From contig CM000430.1 in NCBI GenBank assembly GCA_000165345.1, positions 608,001-672,000 on the forward strand: a stretch of 64,000 nucleotides of DNA, in the 5' to 3' direction. The notes under the pieces were generated by a model. It saw nothing but the letters and a program-made list of their open reading frames with translations, made no database searches and was not told the DNA's origin. The stretch's first letter is position 1. Every line of letters begins with the position of its first letter. Positions 39,674 through 53,136 of this stretch are shown piece by piece. The translations under genes were made by a program, and so were the position numbers.

Positions 39674-40933
39674 TTATGCATTAGTATATAATATCATCAT
39701 ATTTAGGAAGATGATTAATAAGCTTTGTAAAATATGATAATTTGAGAATATTGGTAAAGAATTACTTTTTCTAAAATGTTTCTTGTAAAATCTTCTAAGT
39801 CCATGTTTAAGATCAAATGGTCCTCTATCAATAATTTCATAATCAATAATATCCAATCCATTTTCATTTTTGCATTCTTCTGGATTTAATAAACATTTAC
39901 AATCATTCGAATTAGGATTATATGTACAATGACAGCCAGGATTGAATGGATTAATATAACATCCACACAATTTTGAATATGGATTTAAATTACATGGGCA
40001 TCCAATACTATAAGGACTTGTTGAGCATCTTGGTATTATTGGAAGAGTAATATCATTAGTACAAGAAATAATAGTTTTACATTCATTAGTCATAGGATAT
40101 GTAATATTATATTGATTATTTTGTATATGATTATATATTGATTGATCATTATAACAGAAGCAATCAATTCCCATTGGATTAGTATAACATTTATATTCAT
40201 TATTATGTATACAATAAATTGGATTATTAATACACATGAATTTTATATTATTAGTAGTTTTTAAACTTGCTTGACAGAATGGATTATGTTCATTATTAAT
40301 GTTATCAATATTTCTTTTCCATAGAATAATTTTACCATATTTATTATTAAATTCATTTTCTATTAATGTAATTCTTTCAATATCATTATAAGTTGGATAA
40401 TCAATTAATATATTTTTGATTATTGATAAATCAAATATTATACCTTTTAATTTACCATTTGGTAAATTACATTTTTCATATCCACTAAATAATTTATTTG
40501 AATTTTCTGCATATATCTCATCAATTACAATATCTTGTATATGTATTCCTAATATATTGGAAATATGTTCTTTTAATGCCATTGTAATTTGTTTATAGTT
40601 ATCTTTTCTTTCTTCACAAAATGAAGATTCTAATAATGCTAATGTAATTGTTTGAATATGATTATGCTTTCCAATATCACTATCAGTATTTTCTTCTTTT
40701 TCCCGTCCTTTAGTAGTTGGTAATTTTGTATTATTATTGTTAATAGGAATTGAAGTGGAAGTTTTAGAAGTGAAGGATTTTCTAGTAGAGGTGGTGGTAG
40801 TAGAAGTTGTTGTTGTTGTTATAAGAATGGGTAATTTGAGTAATAATTTATCTTCTTTACTTGCAAAAAGTTGAGAATCATTACCATTACTCATTCCATC
40901 AAATTCTATATCATTATTTGGTATAGAGTTCAT
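39674..40933 (-). CDS. Cys-rich protein with a poly-Thr stalk and a novel C-x2-NP-x(3-5)-C repeat array, 419 aa, with a hydrophobic C-terminus
   Basis: ATG at 40933. The frame stays open a further 61 codons upstream, into the microsatellite, without any start codon. The protein has a TTTTTSTTTTST stalk and repeated motifs CINNPIYC, CYTNPMGIDC, CNLNPYSKLC, CYINPFNPGC, CTYNPNSNDC and CLLNPEEC. The C-terminal tail is hydrophobic (LQSLLIIFLNMMILY). Confidence 0.6.
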   Translation of the reverse strand: MNSIPNNDIEFDGMSNGNDSQLFASKEDKLLLKLPILITTTTTSTTTTSTRKSFTSKTSTSIPINNNNTKLPTTKGREKEENTDSDIGKHNHIQTITLALLESSFCEERKDNYKQITMALKEHISNILGIHIQDIVIDEIYAENSNKLFSGYEKCNLPNGKLKGIIFDLSIIKNILIDYPTYNDIERITLIENEFNNKYGKIILWKRNIDNINNEHNPFCQASLKTTNNIKFMCINNPIYCIHNNEYKCYTNPMGIDCFCYNDQSIYNHIQNNQYNITYPMTNECKTIISCTNDITLPIIPRCSTSPYSIGCPCNLNPYSKLCGCYINPFNPGCHCTYNPNSNDCKCLLNPEECKNENGLDIIDYEIIDRGPFDLKHGLRRFYKKHFRKSNSLPIFSNYHILQSLLIIFLNMMILYTNA

Positions 40934-41039
40934 TTTGAGTGTATTTGATAAATCATCAATATTGGGAGTATATGTTATGTTAACTGGAGGTATTTGTTGT
41001 TTTTGCTGTAGTAGTATTTGATTTTGTAGTATTAGTAGA

Positions 41040-41700
<661 letters not shown>

Positions 41701-41709
41701 AGTTTGGTT

Positions 41710-44043
<2,334 letters not shown>

Positions 44044-44735
44044 TTTCAAATTCTTCAATTTACATAAAAATATATATTTCTTCTTTTACTACTCTATTAT
44101 TTATCTTAATTTATATCATAAATCTTTAAAGTTAAGCTATTTTATACTATCTTAATTTATGATGAAGATTTTTTTTTAATATATATTTAAATAATTTCTA
44201 TTTCTCATATATTCAACTTTTTAATTTTTTTTTAATATAAATTTTTAATACTTTATTTTAAGTGACTGCCACTATTAAAAATACTACTACTATTATTACA
44301 TTTTTAGAGGTAATTTTTTTTATTTATTGTAATAAATATAATTTCATCATATTGTTTTATTTTTGCATGTATTATTTAAATTTACAAACTTTTGCCCGCT
44401 GACTTTATTTGCATGCATGCATTTTCGTCTCCAAATTTTTTTGTTCTTATTTAAAAAAAATGGTTTTGTGCATTAATGACTTTGTGGGTTGCGCGGCAAA
44501 TTTGAATATATTTTTTTCTATTGGTTGAATTAAAAAAAAGAATTTAATTAATAATAAATAATTTATTAATAGTTAAAGTGTGAGAAGTAGTGGAAGTATT
44601 ACTTTTATTATCTTTGATAATAATAAGAATATAAATTAAAAATATTGGTCTTTTTTTTTTTTTCTTTCCTATCCCTTTTACTTCCATTCAATTATACTCC
44701 TTACTCTTACCAGAAAAGCAAATAAAGAAGTTTAA

Positions 44736-46712
44736 ATGGACGATTTTAGCTTTTCCTTAAATAAATTAAGAAAAGAACAAGAAAAAGAAAGAAAAAAAGT
44801 ACTTGAAAAAAAACAAAGAGAAAAAAAATTTCAAGAAATCAACAAATTTAAAATTGATGATTACTTATCTAATATTGAAAGAACCTTTATTAAACAACAA
44901 AATAATATTTCAAATGAAGTGTATTTAGAACATAAAAACCCAAATAATCAAATTTTTCAAGAAGAAAATAAATACTCTTGGATACTTAAGCTAAATTTAA
45001 AAGATTATAATAATAATAATAATAATAATAATAGTAATAGTAATTCAAAATTTCCAAATAATGGTGAAACTGATCAAGTAATACTCCCAAATAACCTACT
45101 TAAAATATTAAGTAGTGATGAATCAATATATCCACTATATTTTAATATAAAATGTTTAAACCATCATATTTCTGAAAATATTAATCCAATTGAAACTCAT
45201 TGTGGAGTATTGGACTATTCCGAAGAACCAGGATACATTTCTTTACCGAATAAAGTTCTTAGATGTTTAAATATTAATCCAAATGATTCAGATTTTAAAA
45301 GTAATAAACCAATAATATGGATTCAAATTACATACAAAAAACTTTTAAAAGGATCTTTTGCTTCTTTTGAAATCTTAAATAATCAGGATATATTCAAAAT
45401 GCATGATATTGAATCTTTACTTGAAAGTTATTTAAGAAATCATTTTCTTACTTTGACAATTGGAGATACATTAATGATTAATCAACCAAATTATTCTAGT
45501 AATAACTATTGTATTTCTTTAATTAAAGTAAAACATTTAGAACCTGATAATTCGATTAGTTTAATCAATACTGATATTTCATTAGATATTACATATAAAG
45601 ATTCAAAGAATGAACAAACAATTCAAGATCATGCTGAAAATACCATTGAAAATTCAATCAGACTGATGAATATTGGTGATATTATTCATTTTGATGATAA
45701 ATTGGATGATTTAATTAATTTCAAATTAGATATACCATTTAATTTGAAAAAAGTCTTTCTAAATGAATCAGATACTGAAAATAATACAAAATTGAATATT
45801 TCAATCATTTCAAATCATTATTATGATATTTTTGTTTCATTTCCTCCCATTTTTGAAGCATCATCACATCTTCACATTTTCAGATCGTTTCCTGAAGACT
45901 ACTGCTACTACTCTAATTCTAACAACAATAATAAAAGCAAAAATACTAACCTGGTCATATCAAGTAACGAATTTATTAACTACTTAAAAACATTAGAAAG
46001 AAATATTTCTTGTAATCAAGACTCATCTTCATTGTTATTATTATTTCCCTCGATACTTTTTATTACCATCCAAAAACATAAAAATTCATCCTCAATTAAC
46101 AATGATATTATTTCAAATAATGAAAAATGCTCATTATCTTCTAGTATTCAAGTAAATATCCAATATTATAAAAAGGAAAGTACAATAGACGTAATCAATC
46201 AACCAATAGAAAACGAATTTTCAACTTGTATTAATTGTAAAAGAAAAATACCGAGTGATAATTTAGATCTACATTCTTTACAATGCGAAAAAATGTATAA
46301 AAGATGCAATCAATGCGATCTTATTTTAAAAAAGAGTGATTTTGAAAAACATACTCACTGTAATAAATGTATTAAATTTGGATTAAGCTTAGACCAAATT
46401 CAAATTCATGACAAATTATATCATCAATTTACTCAATGTAAACTTTGTAACCAAGATAATATTAAACCTATACAACTTACAATACATCAAACACAAGAAT
46501 GTCCAAAAAGGATAATACTTTGTAGGTATTGTAATAATTTTGTACAAGCCGGTACCGATGGACATTATGTTGATTATAAAGATAAGTATTATTATAACTT
46601 AACATCACACGAATCTTATTGTGGATCTAGAACAACAAATTGTAATATATGTAATAAAATTGTATTAATTAAAGAATTAAAATTTCATATTGATCTAGTA
46701 CATGCAAAATAA
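44736..46712 (+). CDS. UFD1-like N-domain protein fused to a C-terminal array of TRAF/C2HC-type zinc fingers, 658 aa
   Basis: ATG at 44736. Residues about 110-290 match the UFD1 double-psi barrel: THCGVLDYSEEPGYISLP (compare THCGVLEFxADEGxCYLP), LRNHFLTLTIGDTLMIN and ISLINTDISLDI. The C-terminal third has five or more Cys/His clusters (CINCKRK...HSLQC, CNQCD...HTHCNKC, CKLCNQ...ECPKR, CRYCN...). A poly-Asn insert is present. Confidence 0.65.
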   Translation: MDDFSFSLNKLRKEQEKERKKVLEKKQREKKFQEINKFKIDDYLSNIERTFIKQQNNISNEVYLEHKNPNNQIFQEENKYSWILKLNLKDYNNNNNNNNSNSNSKFPNNGETDQVILPNNLLKILSSDESIYPLYFNIKCLNHHISENINPIETHCGVLDYSEEPGYISLPNKVLRCLNINPNDSDFKSNKPIIWIQITYKKLLKGSFASFEILNNQDIFKMHDIESLLESYLRNHFLTLTIGDTLMINQPNYSSNNYCISLIKVKHLEPDNSISLINTDISLDITYKDSKNEQTIQDHAENTIENSIRLMNIGDIIHFDDKLDDLINFKLDIPFNLKKVFLNESDTENNTKLNISIISNHYYDIFVSFPPIFEASSHLHIFRSFPEDYCYYSNSNNNNKSKNTNLVISSNEFINYLKTLERNISCNQDSSSLLLLFPSILFITIQKHKNSSSINNDIISNNEKCSLSSSIQVNIQYYKKESTIDVINQPIENEFSTCINCKRKIPSDNLDLHSLQCEKMYKRCNQCDLILKKSDFEKHTHCNKCIKFGLSLDQIQIHDKLYHQFTQCKLCNQDNIKPIQLTIHQTQECPKRIILCRYCNNFVQAGTDGHYVDYKDKYYYNLTSHESYCGSRTTNCNICNKIVLIKELKFHIDLVHAK

Positions 46713-46725
46713 ATATTATTTTCTA

Positions 46726-47477
46726 TCAAAGTTCAATTCTCTCCTTCATAAACTTATTATTAAATGGAATCTGATCAGTATTCTCCAAATTTGAAATACT
46801 ATATTTTTGGGGGAAAACATCAAAATAACTCATTACATCCTCTTCTAGATCTAAATTATTCATCTGAATGGAATTTTTATTTTCATTACTATCAATTATA
46901 AAATTATTACCCATATTTGCTTTATTCTCATTATGTAAACTTTTTAATATACAATACGTACTCATCTGTTTAATCAAAATATCTTTTAGATATTCCTTTT
47001 CTATTTTTAAATTCTCAATTTTCTTCTTCATATGTAATTTATCTTTAGATTCGTTTTTTTCATTATATATTTCTTTAATCATACAAATTACCCTATCTAT
47101 TCCTTTAATGAATTCTCTACATAAAGACTGTTCTCTTAATAATTCCATCTTCAGTTCTTCTTCCTTTTCGTCACTTTTAACCCCTTTTTGATTATTTTCT
47201 AAAAAAAATATTACTTTATACTTTAATAATAAAAAAAATAAAGTCAATCAAATTTTAATTAGTCATTTTTTAATCATTAACTTTCCCATATTTACAAACG
47301 TACCTTTTTAATCTCTAACTCTAATTTCTTAACTTCCCATTTAACTTCACATAGCAATGTTTCAACCAACTCTTTAGTTGCTCCTGTTATATACCCATCC
47401 AGATCTTTCTCTTTAACTTTATTTATCTCAATATTACCTGAATTTCCTACTTTGTAAATTTCATAGTTTTTCTCCAT
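46726..47477 (-). CDS. Coiled-coil hypothetical protein; proposed join(46726..47220,47304..47477)
   Basis: Track ORFs 47292..47537 and 46726..47247 both begin at TTG pseudo-starts. The first ATG is at 47477 (MEKNYEIYKVGNSG...). The donor AAG|GTACGT (47303) and acceptor TTTATTTTTTTTATTATTAAAG| (47221) form an 83-nt phase-0 intron. The product is Lys/Glu-rich with heptad repeats. Confidence 0.4.
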
Positions 47478-48496
47478 ATTTACTTTTTCAATTCTATTAT
47501 ACAAACTAATATTAAGATCTCGTTGATTTCTTCTCAACTACTGATTTACCTTTATTTCATATTAATAATACAAAAAATAACTGTTTTAAGTTACTAAAAA
47601 ATTTTTCACCTAATAAAAAAGGTAAAGATTAATGTATTTTTTTTAACTTAATGATTTTGAAAAAAAATGTTAAAATCTTCTGCTTAGAGCAATGAAATCA
47701 TTCAATATTCATCCACATTTGTCAAATTTTGTTTTGACAAGTCGGTATCTAAGATCCTTTTTCAAGAATTAAGATAAACTGACTTAATTAAGATTTATTG
47801 ACCAAACAAAGTTGAATATAGGCAAATGATTCTTACTTTAACTAGTATTTTTTGTTTCTTATTTATTAATTTCTATTTTCTGTATACTAGATGAATAATA
47901 AATATTGTTTCTGCCAATTTAAACGCTTTCCCGCCATTAATTAATTTTATTAAGATCATTACTTAGCATGCAAATCAATAATTTAAAAATAAAGCGCCAA
48001 ATTGCATGCAATTTCTATATTTTCTCCCCACATATTTTTTTGACAATTTTTTTTTGGAAAAAGAAGGAAAATAAAAAAGTTTTGTTTATTTTTAAAGGTT
48101 TTGAGTGTTCACAAAATGTTTAGCTGAAATTTCTTTTTAAATCTATAAATAGATTTTCTCTTATTATGTTCTATTTTAAAGTCGTCAGAGCGACTTTTTT
48201 TTTAATAAATATACATTATCATTTTTTCGAATTATTAAAAAAAAGATTAATTACTAATTAAGAATATAGAAATATATAGAGATACTTGATTAGTTAAACA
48301 AATGTATTAATATTATATTGTAGGTGTATTTCTATTGAAGTTCGTGTACTATATGCTTATTATTTGAAGTGGCGCCAATATGTGGGGCTAAAGTTTCTAA
48401 TTAATTTATTATTGTTAATCCAGAAAGTTTAATGTTTAATAAAGCTATTAACGGTAGAAAAAAAAAGGAAGAAAGAAAAGGCAAATGAATTAATAA

Positions 48497-50533
48497 TTAT
48501 TGCTGATATGACCATGGACCAAATTTATTTTTCTGAATTTCCTTGCATTTAATACTTAATTCCTTCAAGTGATCCTTGTTGATACTCTTAATCAGCAACG
48601 TTTTAGTAATATTCAAAAGTCTTTCCAATGAAGACTTTAGCTTGTCCTTAATTTCATATATGCTTTTGCTTGGAGTTTGTCTTTTTGTGATTCCAACTTC
48701 CTTATTGTTTTTATTACAAGAAGAACTATTATAAGTATTGTTAGTACTAGTAATATCAACAGAAGATTCCGGTATAGAGCTATGATCGCTTTGTTCAAAA
48801 ATACTTGTCATTATCCCATCATAGTATTCCTTATATCTTGTAATGATTTGATTGTTAACGTCAGTTTTTTTAGTAAAACCAGCTTCCAAACTTTGAGAAG
48901 GCTGGTTTTGCTCGGGAATCAAACGATTTTCGCAAGAATTCGACGGATCAATACATTTTAAATCATCATATTGAGAATCTGCGATTGTACTGTTTAAAGC
49001 AGGCTTCTCTTCATCCTGTTCTTCCTTTTCCTTTACTTCGTCATTGTCTAAAAAATACTCGAAGCTTTGCATATTCAAATCAGTAGAATTTATAGGTATA
49101 CTATCTCTAATCTTGTGATTATCATCTTTGAAAAATTCAATGCAATCATAAGAGGGATTGGATGAATATTTGAGCTCCATTTCTTGGATATAATCAACAT
49201 CCAGATCTATTTCAAACTGAGATTCTGTGATAAGTTCACTCCATACATGAGGTAAAGAAATTATATTAGGATCATTTGTTAGATTACCATGATTTACAAC
49301 ATTATAATCACCAGAATCATTTATTAAATCTGAATCAGGAAATCCAAAGTCATTACTTTTGTGGTTAATATTATTATTGTTAGTATTATTAGAAAACAAT
49401 GTATTAAAGTTATTAAAGAATCGAATTACATTACTTTTTCCTAGTTCATCTTTGATATTCAAAAATACATTTCCAAAGATTCCATTCTTAGTTGTTGGAG
49501 TTGAGTATTTGATTGCATTCATAATATCTGCAATATCATTTGAATAAAGTATATTGGATTCAATTCTTTGAAGCCTATATAATATAAGTTTATATAATGG
49601 AACCCAACCTTGCTGAAAGAAATCATCCCAAAATTTTCCTATGATATTTAAAGGTATACTATATGAGAAAAGAGTTAGAAACCAATCAGTAGCTAACATA
49701 TCTATAGTGCCTCCCTGTCTAATAATATGATCCCATATAATATGTAATTCTTTTTCCATTAATTGATTCAAAATTAAACATTTGACTCTTAATCCCGGCA
49801 ATCCTGATACAAACATTTCTCTCATGCCGTAATTAAACATTAAAGAAACCAATAATTCAAATGCCTGTTCTTCACTACTTGAATGCCAAAGTATACATCC
49901 AACTAAAAAATTCATACCTTGTACATATCCAACATCTATATCCATCAATGAATATATTAACAAAATCTTACTCAAGTAACTTTTACCTTCAAATTTGAAA
50001 TAAGAAATTGATGGATACGTCCTACATACATCCATATATATACTATTCATTACTCTATTACTAAATATTTTATTTATTACACCATTTTCTGTCAAATCTA
50101 TTTCAATTATATCGCTTCCCTCCATTCTTACAATGTACTCGACTATATTTATTAATTCTCTATAAATGGTTGTCAATCCTAATTCATTAGATTTCGAAAC
50201 CTCTAACCAATTCTGCATTCTCACACATCTTCCTTGATTGTCTTTATCACAATCACAATGAGGCCCTACTTTATCAAGCTTTAGAAATCGAACAAAACTA
50301 AGTCTTTTTCTATCATTTGTTTTTTTTCTCAAATCCGAATTTAGGCATCCTGGTTCTTTCGTATTCGTCTCCTCTTGCTTCTTCTCAAATCCTGATTCTG
50401 ATTCAGAATCAGATTCTACTTCATTCTTTGATGGCTGCATTTCTTCTACATTATTCAATGAGGGAACAAAATAATTATATGCTTTTTTCACTGCTAGCAA
50501 GGTCACAATATTTGTTTCCTCTTTCAATTCCAT
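48497..50533 (-). CDS. TBC-domain Rab GTPase-activating protein, 678 aa
   Basis: ATG at 50533. The TBC arginine-finger motif IYMDVCRTYP and glutamine-finger motif YVQGMNF are present. The C-terminal region is low in complexity and rich in Asn, Ser and Asp. Confidence 0.8.
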   Translation of the reverse strand: MELKEETNIVTLLAVKKAYNYFVPSLNNVEEMQPSKNEVESDSESESGFEKKQEETNTKEPGCLNSDLRKKTNDRKRLSFVRFLKLDKVGPHCDCDKDNQGRCVRMQNWLEVSKSNELGLTTIYRELINIVEYIVRMEGSDIIEIDLTENGVINKIFSNRVMNSIYMDVCRTYPSISYFKFEGKSYLSKILLIYSLMDIDVGYVQGMNFLVGCILWHSSSEEQAFELLVSLMFNYGMREMFVSGLPGLRVKCLILNQLMEKELHIIWDHIIRQGGTIDMLATDWFLTLFSYSIPLNIIGKFWDDFFQQGWVPLYKLILYRLQRIESNILYSNDIADIMNAIKYSTPTTKNGIFGNVFLNIKDELGKSNVIRFFNNFNTLFSNNTNNNNINHKSNDFGFPDSDLINDSGDYNVVNHGNLTNDPNIISLPHVWSELITESQFEIDLDVDYIQEMELKYSSNPSYDCIEFFKDDNHKIRDSIPINSTDLNMQSFEYFLDNDEVKEKEEQDEEKPALNSTIADSQYDDLKCIDPSNSCENRLIPEQNQPSQSLEAGFTKKTDVNNQIITRYKEYYDGIMTSIFEQSDHSSIPESSVDITSTNNTYNSSSCNKNNKEVGITKRQTPSKSIYEIKDKLKSSLERLLNITKTLLIKSINKDHLKELSIKCKEIQKNKFGPWSYQQ

Positions 50534-51294
50534 TAATTTATCGTCAAAATAACTTTATTTCTCTTCTTTATAAACTTCCACTAAGTCTATCCATTTGCCA
50601 CTTCTTTCTTTTCGTACTTTTTTTAATCTTCACACATTAATTTTACTACTGAATTTAATAGTCATATTTTCCCGCCTTTTGCCAGTTAAATATGATGGCA
50701 ATAATGAGCACACAAAAAAAAAATGTACAGTAATGATTAGAGGCTTAATAGCTTTTGAATATTCATGAAAGTATTTATCAAATTTTTTTTTAAGTTAATA
50801 TGAGATCCTAAATTGTATAATAATTTACTTTTACTGAAGTATCAAAAAATGTCTAGTGGTGATAGAATGAATTCACATTAATTTAAAAAATAGCAAAGCT
50901 AGTAATACTGGGAATGGAAAGGGAATAAAAAAGAAGAGGGAAGGGCTCATAAATTGTTTGAAATAAAAATATGAATTAATTCTGTCGAATTGTTATCGCC
51001 TATTCTCTGTTTTCTTAAACAAATATATTAAAAAACAAAGAAACTTACAAAAGTACTGTTAGCTTGATTGATTTTATATTCGATTTTGTTCTTTAATTAT
51101 CAAAAGTGGTATTAAATAGAAGGTAATTTAAAACTGTTAATATGCTAATTCTATTTACTGAAATTCAGCCTTTTTTTCCAATAATATAATGTTCAGTATG
51201 TATGCATTACGCACCGGCGGCAATTTAATTGTGCATGTATTGACTATATTATACCATGTGGGGCGGCAAATGAGTGCAGAAAGGAGGAATAGAA

Positions 51295-52574
51295 TCATTT
51301 TGAATATTTATGACAGTTCATAACTTGTGCTAGAAAGGCTTCAATATGCCATATATCTTTACTTCCAAGCTTTAATGTATGAGCGTAGTGTGCAGCAGCA
51401 TTAATAATGATTGGTTGAGCACTGGCAGAAACAATTGATAGTAGCTGTTTAGTTAATGTAACAAGAATCAAATCAGCTGGAATACAGCTACATAACAAGT
51501 CGTATAAAGGTTCTCTTACATCTAAAAGCGTTTTTGGATGAGGGTTTTTAACAATCTGAGTTTAGAAATAAAAAAAATGTTGGTTAGAGGTTTTGGGATG
51601 GGAAATCAAATAAGAAATAAATTATATATATTCAAATCTTGGAGGTTTTTGTAGGAAACTTACGCTAGTGGCAATATCAATGCAAACCTTTTGCCATGGA
51701 AGCTTCAAAGCACTTGGAGGATTTGAAAAAGATTGTGTATGAGCAGTTTCTAATATTAGAATTGCTCTTCTTAAATTACATTCAGATTCTGTAACTATTT
51801 GTTCGAGATAATTATTAGGTACTTGAAGATTTTCAGAATTAGAAATAAATCTCAAAACTTGAAGAACCTCCTCAGGAGAAGGTAAAGGCACCCTAATACA
51901 TAAACATCGGCTTCTTAAGGGTGGAATGATAGATGATAACTGTTCACAATGTAATATTAATCTACTGTTATTTGAATACTTTTCCATAGTCCTTCTTAGC
52001 CCTGCTTGAGCCTTTAAAGATAAGACATCAGCCTCCAGTATTGTAAATACACGATAATTTGGGCCTTTAGAAAAGAATGAGTTGGCTCCCATTTGTGAAC
52101 TTAGTTGCTTAATTAAATATTGTGTAACTATGCCATCCTTCGTACCCAAATCTGGTGCACTAATCTGCATATGATGGGGGCTTTGGCATAAAACAAATTC
52201 ACTATTTGTTCCTTCTGGTTTTATCATATCTGCTTTAACCTATAAAAAAATTACTCTAGTAAATCGTACTATAAAGAAAATTATTATTATTGCTTTACTT
52301 TCCTTCTCAATTCAACTCTCAGTTCAAACAATAATAATGGAAATATTGTTAATTACAATTTCTCCCAACTTACCTTATCTACTGAATCTCCAAAAATTTC
52401 GTGCAGAACTGATGAAATTCTTACTTTTTTCCCTCCCCCTGAAGGGCCGTAAAAAAGCAAATGTGGAATATTACCATTTGAATTTGAAGTAATCTTTTCT
52501 AATAAACTATTTAGTTCTTTGTTGCACTTCAAATCCCTAAGATATCGTGGCTGGTATTTATCAATCCAAAGCAT
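51295..52574 (-). CDS. RFC3: Replication factor C small subunit (RFC3/Rfc5-type clamp loader AAA+); three exons join(51295..51555,51664..52239,52374..52574)
   Basis: Exon 1 (ATG 52574) reads MLWIDKYQPRYLRDL...HLLFYGPSGGGKK (Walker A)...SVDK and has donor GTAAGT. Exon 2 begins after TTTTTTTATAG and contains VKADMIKPEG...RVFTILEADVLS...LRRTMEKYSNNSRLILHCEQLSSIIPPLRSRCLCIRV (sensor 1 / SRC motif)...DIATS, with donor GTAAGT. A 108-nt intron ends at CTCAG. Exon 3 reads IVKNPHPKTLLDVREPLYDLL...HYAHTLKLGSKDIWHIEAF and matches the human RFC3 C-terminus. The track lists these as three separate ORFs. Confidence 0.8.
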
Positions 52575-53136
52575 TTCACAATTTTTTTTCCTCTTCTTTC
52601 TGAATATTTATTTTATTTCTGTTTATATATTTCATTGGTAAATTCCCATTCCTGTTTTTGGCGCCAAATACGCCTCACATTACGCTGGTACTTATTAATT
52701 TCAAGTCAGACAATATTATTTGGTTGTAAGAGAGAAATAGATCAATAAAAACAATAATTGATTTAATATTTAGGATGGAACACATCTAAACAAAGTAAAA
52801 CTAAGCATTAAAAGAAAAATAAAGAAATAAGAGGAGGTTTTGGTCTTCTCAAAGCTCCCACTTTTCCTCCTAATATCCTCTCATTCATTAAAAATATTAT
52901 TTTTATCAAATAATAAAGCCAACCTCCAATATAGATATATACAATAGTATTATAGTAATAACAATAACATGCAACTTAATAGTAATAGTAATTTTGTTTA
53001 TAGTGGCAGTCAATAAAAATATATTTTATATACAGTTAATTTGGCGCTCATAAATTACATGCATGCATGCAATCTTGCCAAAATCCAAAAAATTTTGAAA
53101 TATAATTGTTATTGGAATTATAAAATATAATATTAA

